From assembly GCA_009889685.1 (NCBI GenBank), contig WTZT01000001.1, positions 1-33,637 of the forward strand: a stretch of 33,637 nt of DNA, read 5' to 3'. Positions within the stretch are counted from its first letter, which is position 1, and each line of letters starts with the position of its first letter. Positions 19,878 through 28,496 of the stretch are shown piece after piece. The DNA comes from Candidatus Hikarchaeia archaeon HikBin4. Its GTDB lineage: Archaea; Halobacteriota; Halobacteria; Halobacteriales; Hikarchaeaceae. The notes under the pieces were generated by a model. The model saw nothing but the letters and a program-made list of their open reading frames with translations, was not told the origin of the DNA and did no database searches. Both the position numbers and the translations under genes were made by a program.

Positions 19878-22109
19878 GTGAATGTAGATGACATATCCGA
19901 TCTGCCTGATCATGCAATAGCACTGCTCAAATCTAGTGGTGTACACACACTCTATCCTCCCCAAATCCTCGCTGTCGAAGCGGGCATCACCCAGGGGAAC
20001 AGTATCGTAGCTAGTGTCCCAACAGCCAGTGGAAAAACCTTCATAGCAGAATTAGCAATGCTTTCTACAATAGCCCGTGGGGGTAAAGCCCTCTACATAG
20101 TCCCATTGCGAGCTCTAGCCAATGAAAAAAAACAAGAATTCGATAGGTTCGATGCCATTGATATCTCTGTAGGGAGTTCAACTGGAGATTATGAAAGTAC
20201 CGATGATTGGCTCGCAACCAAGGATATCATAGTCGCAACTTCTGAGAAAGTAGATTCTTTAATTCGAAATTTTACCCCTTGGATTTCTGATCTAACTTGC
20301 GTCGTAGCAGATGAAATTCACCTTCTAGACGACGCTTCTAGAGGCCCCACTCTAGAAATGACTTTGTCAAAACTCATCCACATCAACCCCGACATACAAA
20401 TAGTGGGCCTGTCCGCAACTATTGGAAATGCGGATCAAATCGCAACCTGGCTCGACGCAACCCTGATTGAATCCTCTTGGCGTCCGATTTCTCTTCGAAC
20501 CGGTGTTTATCATGATAGTTCTATCCATTTCGGCGACGGAACTACTCGTGACATTCCTAAAAAATCCAACCCTATTGAGGATATAATTCACGATGTTCTA
20601 CAAGAAGATGGATCTGCTCTAGTTTTTGTAAGTTCTCGCAGGAACGCAGAATCCGCAGCCAAAAAAATCTCTAACGTCACTGACAACTTTACTAATAAAA
20701 CCAAACCAAACCTAATAGAACTAGCAAACCAAGTCCGAGAAGAAGGTGAAACTGAACTGGCTAATACATTAGCTAGTTCTATTGAAAAGGGATCTGCATT
20801 CCACCACGCCGGACTGGTGAGTAACCATCGTAGATTGGTTGAAAAATCGTTTCGAGAACGCACAATAAAAGTTGTATGCGCCACTCCAACTCTGGCAGCT
20901 GGAGTCAATACGCCCAGTAGACGTGTTATAGTTCGAGATTGGCGTAGATACAATTCCTTCCGTGGTGGTATGGAACCCCTTTCTGTCATAGAAATGCACC
21001 AAATGTTTGGCCGTGCTGGCCGTCCTAACTTAGATCCCTATGGAGAAGCAATATTGTTGGCTTCTGGACCCGATGAATTCAATGAGCTTTTCGACCGATA
21101 TATTGAAGCAGAACCCGAATCAGTCGAATCAAAATTAGCTGTAGAACCTGCTTTAAGAACTCATATTTTATCCGCCATAGCTACTGGATTTGCTACTACT
21201 AAAGAAGGACTCCTAGATTTTTTAGATGGAACTCTCTATGCCACCCAAACAACTGACACAAGGAGATTACAACTTGTTACACATTCTGTACTCAAATATT
21301 TGGAAGTCAATGGTTTCCTCACCATATCGGATAGTGATATTGTAGCTACCAAAATAGGAGAAGAAGTATCTCGCATCTACCTCGACCCAATGTCTGCAGC
21401 AGAAATAATTTATGGACTAAAAGCTTCTGAAAATCCTAGCCCTTTAAGTATATACCATCTAATCAGCCGAACCCCTGATACTTACCCTTTATATCTCAAG
21501 TCTGGAGATCGAGATTTTTATTACCAATTAGCTTACGAATATCAATCAGAATTATTAGGATCTTCTCCCTCTGAATTCGACCCCCATTGGGAAGACTGGC
21601 TATCTGCTCTTAAAACAGCAAAAATGATAGAAGATTGGACCGAGGAAACCGATGAAGAGACAATTACCAAACATTATCGAATAGGTCCTGGAGACATACG
21701 TGCTAAAATAGATACTGCAGATTGGCTACTCCGAGCAGCAGAGAGACTTGCCATCTCTTTAGATCTACAATCAATTTCTATCATTCGGAATCTACAAAGA
21801 CGGGTTAAATATGGGGTAAAAGAAGAGTTACTTGAACTAGTTGCAGTTGAAGGAATCGGCAGGATTCGGGCGAGGCAATTATTCAACCACGGAATCCACA
21901 CACGATCTGATTTACGCACAGCAGACAAACAACTTATCCTCAATGCCCTTTCTGGAAGAAGGCTCACCACCGAACAAATTCTCCAAAACGCAGGACGTAC
22001 AGACTCCTCTTTAGATGCTATCCCCTCTCGGCCATTTTCTTCTATAAAAAACCAAACATCGTCCGATCAGGAAGATGAAGAACAAGCAAATCTAGGAGAC
22101 TTCAAATGA
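19878..22109 (+). CDS. hel308: Ski2-like ATP-dependent DNA helicase Hel308
   Basis: Motifs LYPPQ, PTASGKT, DEIH, SAT, WRP, FHHAGL, TPTLAAGVN, QMFGRAGRP and IGRIRARQLF. Likely GTG start at 19878 (VNVDDISDLP). Confidence 0.95.
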   Translation: MNVDDISDLPDHAIALLKSSGVHTLYPPQILAVEAGITQGNSIVASVPTASGKTFIAELAMLSTIARGGKALYIVPLRALANEKKQEFDRFDAIDISVGSSTGDYESTDDWLATKDIIVATSEKVDSLIRNFTPWISDLTCVVADEIHLLDDASRGPTLEMTLSKLIHINPDIQIVGLSATIGNADQIATWLDATLIESSWRPISLRTGVYHDSSIHFGDGTTRDIPKKSNPIEDIIHDVLQEDGSALVFVSSRRNAESAAKKISNVTDNFTNKTKPNLIELANQVREEGETELANTLASSIEKGSAFHHAGLVSNHRRLVEKSFRERTIKVVCATPTLAAGVNTPSRRVIVRDWRRYNSFRGGMEPLSVIEMHQMFGRAGRPNLDPYGEAILLASGPDEFNELFDRYIEAEPESVESKLAVEPALRTHILSAIATGFATTKEGLLDFLDGTLYATQTTDTRRLQLVTHSVLKYLEVNGFLTISDSDIVATKIGEEVSRIYLDPMSAAEIIYGLKASENPSPLSIYHLISRTPDTYPLYLKSGDRDFYYQLAYEYQSELLGSSPSEFDPHWEDWLSALKTAKMIEDWTEETDEETITKHYRIGPGDIRAKIDTADWLLRAAERLAISLDLQSISIIRNLQRRVKYGVKEELLELVAVEGIGRIRARQLFNHGIHTRSDLRTADKQLILNALSGRRLTTEQILQNAGRTDSSLDAIPSRPFSSIKNQTSSDQEDEEQANLGDFK

Positions 22110-22597
22110 TTATCCTTGAAGGATATCTAATCTCCAAAGATACTTCTTCATTTCTTGATAATCTAACTGCAATAGCTACTAAGTATGAATGTGTTATCCA
22201 ATCTTTCGATGCTCGATACATAGTTGGAAAATCTCATCTAACCTTGGCAACCGAATATTCTAAAAGGGCGTTCGAACGTGAAAATTCAATCGCTAAAGAT
22301 CCCGCAGTAGAACTTCTTTTATATGCTTCAGGGAGGCGCCAAATAAACCGTGCAATGGAGATGTGCATCAATCCCAAAACAACCGGTATCGTAATAGTTA
22401 TCCACGGAGAAAAAGAGACCATTTCTTCTAATTTACTACGGGAGTTAATTCTGCCCTCTGATGTGATAGAACCCACTCAAAACATAGAATTGCTTTGCAC
22501 TTTTTTCGACATAACCCGCGCAGAACTTGAAGTTTCTTCCACCGATATAGAGTCATTAGTTCTTGAACGTGTAGCACTTCTCAATCTATCTAAATAA
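22106..22597 (+). CDS. cgi121: KEOPS complex subunit Cgi121
   Basis: QSFDARYI...HL, ELLLYASGRRQINRA and LVLERVALL. ATGA overlap with hel308. Confidence 0.92.
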   Translation: MIILEGYLISKDTSSFLDNLTAIATKYECVIQSFDARYIVGKSHLTLATEYSKRAFERENSIAKDPAVELLLYASGRRQINRAMEMCINPKTTGIVIVIHGEKETISSNLLRELILPSDVIEPTQNIELLCTFFDITRAELEVSSTDIESLVLERVALLNLSK

Positions 22598-22659
22598 CCC
22601 CCTTTTCATTTCCTGTAGTTTTATCCACTAGCACGTCATATAGAGGTTAGGTAAAATCA

Positions 22660-22911
22660 ATGCTCCGCCTCACACAACAAATCGCATTCGTTATAGTTAT
22701 GTTAACAATAGATATTCTTGTATTATCGCCCCTTTTCGTCTTCCGCGTCGATGGAATCGCTGGATATGGTGGTTGGGGTTACCCCGGCCCAGGAGTCATG
22801 TTTGTAAATGTTTTACTCGTTTGGCTCCTTTACATCGGAATCTTCAATGTTTGGTTAGGGGGGAATATAGGCAAGAGGTTGGCAAAAGCGATCTTCGACA
22901 GATACGTATAA
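22660..22911 (+). CDS. Small 2-TM membrane protein, resembles the N-terminal half of an RDD-family protein
   Basis: Hydrophobic helix containing LTID, then a second helix ending LLYIGIFNVWLGGNIGKRL (compare RDD Y...G.T.GKRL). Confidence 0.6.
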   Translation: MLRLTQQIAFVIVMLTIDILVLSPLFVFRVDGIAGYGGWGYPGPGVMFVNVLLVWLLYIGIFNVWLGGNIGKRLAKAIFDRYV

Positions 22912-22956
22912 TGCTTTCTCCGATGTGTCTATCCCTTTCTATTGATTAGAACCCCT

Positions 22957-25317
22957 ATGACAAATTCGATAGGTTCTCGGATTCCTTCAAAATTGGGGGA
23001 AGTTTTTGTCACTGGTTCTGGCAGTTTCATCGATGATATGACATTCCCTGGAATGCTCCATGCACGTTTTGTTCGTTGCCCACATCCTCACGCCGAAATC
23101 GTTTCAGTAGATATTTCTTCCGCTCTCTCTATTCCTGGAGTCGAATTGGTCTGGACCTGGGATGATCTATCTCCTTATCTGAATTCTAATCATTTTGGAC
23201 ATGATATTCTTGACGAGGAGCCTCTTGTTATTGATAGGGCTCGTTATGTTGGCGACGAAGTTGCAATAGTTCTAGCCCAAGACGCCCACACAGCGCTTGA
23301 AGCATCTGAAGCTGTTAATATAATCTACAACTCCCTCCCCGCAGTTACTAGTGTAGAAGACGCTCTGTCATCTACATCCCCTATATTACATCCCCGTCTG
23401 GATCTGGATCCTAGTTCTTCTGTCAAAGGAAACTTATTACACTCTTTTTCAATCAAAACTGGGGATATTCAAACCACTTTAAAATCTCCTCATATTTCTG
23501 TATCTGGTTCCTTCAAGACCAACCGAACTAGCCCCTCTGCGCTCGAGCCCCACGGTGTTATAGCTAGCTATACACCCGGAAGAGGGCTGACTATCCATTC
23601 CCCTAATCAAAAACCCCACTCAATGGTAACACATCTAGAAAATATATTTGGATTTGAACCCGGGACTATCACCTGGAATGTCCCCGATATTGGTGGTTCT
23701 TTTGGCACTAAAGCAGAATTACTCTCTCATGAAATTTGTGCCGCTGCACTCACCATTGCAACTCGTAAACCCGTAAAAATAATTCTCGATCGATTGGAAG
23801 AATTGCAAACGGGACGGGGTCGGCCCGAAGAACATTTTAAGGCGTGTTTAACCGCAGATAAAAATGGGAATTTTATATCACTCACGGTCGACATGATTCA
23901 AAACACTGGGGCATATGCTTCATACGGCATTCACACTTCTGAAACACCTGGACTTCTCGCAGCTTGTCCCTACTTAATCGAACACCAAAATATATCTGGA
24001 AAAGTTGTTTATACAAATGTAGTACCTTCTGGAGCTGTTAGGGGGTTCGGCGACTCACAATATACCTTCGTCAGAGAACAACTCGTTGATGCACTTTCTA
24101 GAAAACTCAATAGAGATCCTATCGATTTAAGATTGCAAAATATAGCTACTAAGGAACAAATGCCACTTACAACCGCAACTGGAATTAGATGGAGAAACAC
24201 CGATTTACCTTCTTGTATTAACGCAGTAAGAGATTCTCTCTCTCCTCCTTCAACCCCTCCCCCAAAAAATAAACTCCGAGGTATGGGGATTGCCGTTTCT
24301 GTCAAAAGAAATGGAAAAAAAGGTGCCAACTCTGACTTTTCTAAAGCTACTGTTGAGGTCAATAACAAAGGCACAGTTTACATATATTCGGACGTTATTA
24401 GTGTTGGTCAGGGTACCGAAACTAGTCTTGCCCAAATAGCATCAGAAATTTTAGGTGTTTCTCAAAAGAGAATCAAAGTTATAACCGGAAATACAGACAC
24501 AATCGCAGATGGTCACGGTGTGGGCGCCGATAGAGGCACAGTTTTCATTGGAAGCGCCACCGCGAAAGCCGCAGAAAATCTTCGAGAAAAAATCACCAAA
24601 ATTGCATCCAAATTCTTGCAAATAGATCCTATAAATGTAGCCCTCTCGGATGATAAAATATTTGACTCATCTGACCCAGACCATGGGATGGACTTCACAG
24701 AATTTGCTCATCGTGCTAGATTCGATGACCCTTCCACCAAACTGGACCAAAACGAAATCGGAGTGTCTCTAATAGGCCACGCAACTTTCGAAAGTTTAGA
24801 AGCACAAACCGTAGATCCAAATACCAGATTGGGAAATGTTTCTCATACATACACCCACTCCTCTGTCGGCGTTATCCTAGACGTAGATCTAGGTACTGGC
24901 GATATAGATATAGTTGATATATGTGTCGCAGAGGATCTAGGTTGTGTGATCAATCCACTCTTAGTTGAGGGACAAATTCAAGGATGTATCGGACACGCAA
25001 CTGGGGACGTTTTACTCGAGAATTTCACTTATGATGCCCATGGATATCCTCACAATGGAACTCTAGTTGATTACCATCTCCCAACTACTGTAGACGTACC
25101 TTTACTAACCAAAATGCATAAAATTGAATCCCCCGATCCTGCCACTTCACATGGACAAAGAGGTGCCGGAGAAGGTGCATTATTACCATTCCCTGCTGCA
25201 ATAGCCAATGCTGTCTATGATGCAACAGGAGTTCGTTTTAGAGAGCTACCTCTATCTCCTCAAAAAATCCTTCCCTCTCTCATAGAACATGGACTTTCAA
25301 CCCACAAAAAATTATAG
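22957..25317 (+). CDS. Xanthine dehydrogenase/aldehyde oxidoreductase-family molybdopterin-binding large subunit (not CO dehydrogenase)
   Basis: Motifs VTG...FIDD, PHAEI, RYVGDEVA, LEPHG, GGSFGTK, GAVRGFG, GQGTET, NPLLVEGQIQG and GAGE (catalytic Glu). Start ATG 22957. Confidence 0.92.
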   Translation: MTNSIGSRIPSKLGEVFVTGSGSFIDDMTFPGMLHARFVRCPHPHAEIVSVDISSALSIPGVELVWTWDDLSPYLNSNHFGHDILDEEPLVIDRARYVGDEVAIVLAQDAHTALEASEAVNIIYNSLPAVTSVEDALSSTSPILHPRLDLDPSSSVKGNLLHSFSIKTGDIQTTLKSPHISVSGSFKTNRTSPSALEPHGVIASYTPGRGLTIHSPNQKPHSMVTHLENIFGFEPGTITWNVPDIGGSFGTKAELLSHEICAAALTIATRKPVKIILDRLEELQTGRGRPEEHFKACLTADKNGNFISLTVDMIQNTGAYASYGIHTSETPGLLAACPYLIEHQNISGKVVYTNVVPSGAVRGFGDSQYTFVREQLVDALSRKLNRDPIDLRLQNIATKEQMPLTTATGIRWRNTDLPSCINAVRDSLSPPSTPPPKNKLRGMGIAVSVKRNGKKGANSDFSKATVEVNNKGTVYIYSDVISVGQGTETSLAQIASEILGVSQKRIKVITGNTDTIADGHGVGADRGTVFIGSATAKAAENLREKITKIASKFLQIDPINVALSDDKIFDSSDPDHGMDFTEFAHRARFDDPSTKLDQNEIGVSLIGHATFESLEAQTVDPNTRLGNVSHTYTHSSVGVILDVDLGTGDIDIVDICVAEDLGCVINPLLVEGQIQGCIGHATGDVLLENFTYDAHGYPHNGTLVDYHLPTTVDVPLLTKMHKIESPDPATSHGQRGAGEGALLPFPAAIANAVYDATGVRFRELPLSPQKILPSLIEHGLSTHKKL

Positions 25318-25332
25318 TTTGTAGCTTTAGCT

Positions 25333-27066
25333 TTATTCCACCACATGAAGAGATAGAGAAGATTCCTTTTCTGATTCATGGTAGATCGTATTGGTGGCGA
25401 TTTGCATATCTCCTACTGTCGCATCACAAGGTTGGATTTCGGTATTTGAATTTCTATCCCATCTAGGGAAACTACTCGAAGAAATTTCTAATCTAATCTT
25501 GTGTCCTGGTTTAAATGTATGGGCAACGTGCCACAGGTCCACCGAAATTTCATATACCTCTCCAGGCTCCATTAAATTCACCTGTTTCATTGAATCTCTG
25601 TATCTAGCTCTCAAGATACCTTCTGTAACATTTCCACAGTAACCATTTGGTTCTACATCTACCAGTTTCGCTGTGAAATCCGTGTCCACTGCAGAACTAG
25701 ATATGAATAATCTTGCTTCAACAGGACCTGCTATCTTCACAGCTTTATCTAAGTACGGAGTTGTGTATACCAACACATCCTCTCTTTCTTCAATCACCGA
25801 TTGATCTTTTACTCCCGCTTCTTGTACCTCTGGCATTTGAATCCGACCCCCTTTGGTTGGAACTGGATCAAGTGGATCGTACTGATAACTATCTGGACTT
25901 TGTGTATCTGGGGTATCCAACAATAAAGTACCATTACCAAATCTCGTGTTGGCTTGCCCTGCACTATGCAAGTAATATCTAATATCTCTGCCTTCTGGAG
26001 GCCATGTATCCGCATTGGTCCATTCTCTAGATCCTATATCAAAATAGCGAACAAGGGGCAACTCTTTTAGTTTCTCAGTTTCCCCTTTCAACCACGCATC
26101 AAACCACGCAAATATAAATGGTCCAACAAACCCTGCAGCACTAGATGCTATGGGTCCAAATACTTTATCTCCCACTCTATCATTCGCATACCCCATATAC
26201 GATTCATGGGCCCACGGTCCGATCAACAATCTTTGTTCGTTTTTCGGAATTTCTTTTCCGCTTTCTTTCAAAGCATTATACATATCTATATGACCCCTAG
26301 AAAAGAGATCTTGCCATCCTGTTATGTCCAAAGTTGGAGCAGACACATCAGATGCTTTTTGAGTAGCATCTATGGACTCCCAATACTCATCATACGTTGG
26401 ATGGTCCAACCAATCTTGATAGTAACTCACTAGTTCTCTCTCTAGTCCTGGGGCATTTCTATGTGGCAAATAGGACATACTTTCATGCAAATGAGCAGCT
26501 GCATAGGTTAGATTTTTTTTTGCCATCTCTCTTTCACTTTCGGCTAGTCCTGATACTGCCCCCAAAGCCAATTTAATTGCCCACCTGTGATTAAATCCCA
26601 ACTCAAACGCACCGCCCGTGTATGTCCAACCTTGATGATAGTTAGCTCCCGTTAGATATGCAACAGCGGCTTTCAAATGAGGTGGATTTGCAACAACAGC
26701 CTGTCTAACAGTAACACCAAGATATGAATTTCCATATATCCCCACCTTTCCGTTACACCATTCTTGTTTAGCAACCCATTCAACTGTGTCATAACCATCT
26801 TCTGCTTCGGTAAAAAACGGAACGAATTTCCCATCTGATGTAAATCTTCCCCTGGTATCTTGAACAACAATTACATAACCCCGTTCTGGTCCCATGATTG
26901 GATTCACCATTGGAGCTCCTGTGGACTGGGCACTAGACTTATTGTACGGAATACGTGATAGAAGGGCCGGGTATTTCCCATCTTCACTAGGACGATAGAC
27001 ATCTGCTCTAAGAATAACCCCATCTCTCATAGGTACCGGTACATCACGTTCTACACAAAATTGCAT
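25333..27066 (-). CDS. CocE/NonD-family alpha/beta hydrolase (peptidase S15-like)
   Basis: VPMRDGVILRADVYRP, QDTRGRF, GNSYLG nucleophile, GWQD, GPWAH and a C-terminal PepX_C-like domain (SSSFPRWDRN). Start ATG 27066. Confidence 0.93.
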   Translation of the reverse strand: MQFCVERDVPVPMRDGVILRADVYRPSEDGKYPALLSRIPYNKSSAQSTGAPMVNPIMGPERGYVIVVQDTRGRFTSDGKFVPFFTEAEDGYDTVEWVAKQEWCNGKVGIYGNSYLGVTVRQAVVANPPHLKAAVAYLTGANYHQGWTYTGGAFELGFNHRWAIKLALGAVSGLAESEREMAKKNLTYAAAHLHESMSYLPHRNAPGLERELVSYYQDWLDHPTYDEYWESIDATQKASDVSAPTLDITGWQDLFSRGHIDMYNALKESGKEIPKNEQRLLIGPWAHESYMGYANDRVGDKVFGPIASSAAGFVGPFIFAWFDAWLKGETEKLKELPLVRYFDIGSREWTNADTWPPEGRDIRYYLHSAGQANTRFGNGTLLLDTPDTQSPDSYQYDPLDPVPTKGGRIQMPEVQEAGVKDQSVIEEREDVLVYTTPYLDKAVKIAGPVEARLFISSSAVDTDFTAKLVDVEPNGYCGNVTEGILRARYRDSMKQVNLMEPGEVYEISVDLWHVAHTFKPGHKIRLEISSSSFPRWDRNSNTEIQPCDATVGDMQIATNTIYHESEKESSLSLHVVE

Positions 27067-27090
27067 ATTGAGAAAAAGACCTTTCTGAGT

Positions 27091-27107
27091 CTTATACTTG
27101 TATATAC
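27091..27107 (-). promoter_or_regulatory. Putative TATA plus palindrome upstream of the CocE/NonD gene
   Basis: Minus-strand TATAAG (27091-27096) lies 25-30 nt from ATG 27066, next to the palindrome GTATATAC (27100-27107). Confidence 0.45.
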
Positions 27108-28094
27108 TTATTTGACGAGGGGCAGAACTTCTTCTCCTATTAAATTCATACAATAATCATAATCGTGCAATCTAAAACGAAGATCAAAGACGATATGATC
27201 GATCCCGGCATCAATAAATTTCCCTACTTCTTGCGCAATATCTTCTGGTGTTCCTGCCATAATCACTCCTTCCAAATCCTCTAGTTTCTCGAATTTTCCT
27301 GATTTTGGTTTGAGCCACCACTTCTGTTTATTCGCGGCATCTAGTAGTCCTCTCATATTCACAGGTTCCAAAGCCTTAGCAAGCGTAGTATCTGGACTGG
27401 TAGGGGGAACTGCTCCCACAGTTGGCATCTCTTGACCGCTCTCATCTGATAATTCTCTCAACTGGCGCATTCTTACTCTAAATGTAGGAATGGTGATTCT
27501 GCCCGGGAACCAACCATCACAATATTCAACCGCTCTTCTGGCAGATGCTGGGGTGGATCCTCCATACCAAATGGGTATCTTCCCTTTTGGTCTCGGCGCA
27601 ATCCCTAATCCTTTTACTGGGAATAATTTCCCATCATAAGTTATTTCATCATTTTCCCACGCCAACCGCATAATTTCAACCGCTTCTTTTACAGCATCTA
27701 CTCTGTCATCTAAACCCAATCCTACTAGTTCGAATTCATCTTTAAACAATGTAGCACCCGCTCCCATCCCCGCAATAATCCGTCCTTCAGCTAGCCAATC
27801 CAAGCTAGCGAATAAATGTGCCATATATAGTGGATGCCTCCATGGAACTGCAACAGCAGTTCCTAATTTTAATTTTTTTGTTGCTGCCGCCAATCCTGCC
27901 AATACCACAAATGGTTCTACCAAAGTGGCACTCGATCCTTCAAAACCATGCCCATGAAACCGCAAGAAGTGGTCTCTGACCCACACTGAATCAAATTCCA
28001 ATTCTTCTGCCCTTTTTGCTCCTTCTATCAAAGAAGAAGCAGACACATGTTCTCCAAAATGTGGTAACAATAACCCATAACTAACTTTGCCCAT
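27108..28094 (-). CDS. Luciferase-like (LLM) flavin-dependent oxidoreductase/monooxygenase
   Basis: Motifs AEELEFDSVWVRDH, EPFVVLAGLAAAT, LGTAV, ASLDWLAEGR, GMGAG, PIWYGG, RRAVEYCDGW and GTPE. Confidence 0.92.
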   Translation of the reverse strand: MGKVSYGLLLPHFGEHVSASSLIEGAKRAEELEFDSVWVRDHFLRFHGHGFEGSSATLVEPFVVLAGLAAATKKLKLGTAVAVPWRHPLYMAHLFASLDWLAEGRIIAGMGAGATLFKDEFELVGLGLDDRVDAVKEAVEIMRLAWENDEITYDGKLFPVKGLGIAPRPKGKIPIWYGGSTPASARRAVEYCDGWFPGRITIPTFRVRMRQLRELSDESGQEMPTVGAVPPTSPDTTLAKALEPVNMRGLLDAANKQKWWLKPKSGKFEKLEDLEGVIMAGTPEDIAQEVGKFIDAGIDHIVFDLRFRLHDYDYCMNLIGEEVLPLVK

Positions 28095-28139
28095 ACATAA
28101 TTCTTTGATGACTTGTATACCTATTTCTTTGCTTTGTGC

Positions 28140-28496
28140 TCACACATCTAGATATACTGTTTGATCTTCTACCAAAACTTTGTATGTTGGAATACCTATG
28201 CCTGGATCCCCTGCATGTTTCCCAGTTCGAATATCATACGTCCATCCATGCCAAGGACATATTACCACATAATCGTCTGTAAAATATTCATCTGGAAGCT
28301 TCCCTAGTGGGGGGATATCTCCTCCCACCCGTCTTCTTATATCCCCCGTACACACGGGACCACTTTGATGCTGACAAGAGTTAAGTAATGCATAAAATTC
28401 CCCCTCTATATTGAATATCCCCACTTCAACTCCTTTTACCTTAACAACTTTGCTCTCACCATGATCTATCTCTCCCACTTTGCAAACCTCAATCAT
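28140..28496 (-). CDS. Rieske [2Fe-2S] ferredoxin
   Basis: CQH ... CPWHGWTYD, with a long insert between the two ligand boxes. ATGA overlap with the upstream gene at 28493-28496. Confidence 0.94.
   Translation of the reverse strand: MIEVCKVGEIDHGESKVVKVKGVEVGIFNIEGEFYALLNSCQHQSGPVCTGDIRRRVGGDIPPLGKLPDEYFTDDYVVICPWHGWTYDIRTGKHAGDPGIGIPTYKVLVEDQTVYLDV

Noticed and set aside
22957..25317. Aerobic CO dehydrogenase CoxL
   Set aside because: The active-site loop is AVRGFG, not AYxCSFR or AYxGAGR, and no coxM/S or accessory cox genes are in the window.
25333..27066. Specific call as cocaine esterase
   Set aside because: Only family-level motifs are visible, so the substrate cannot be inferred.
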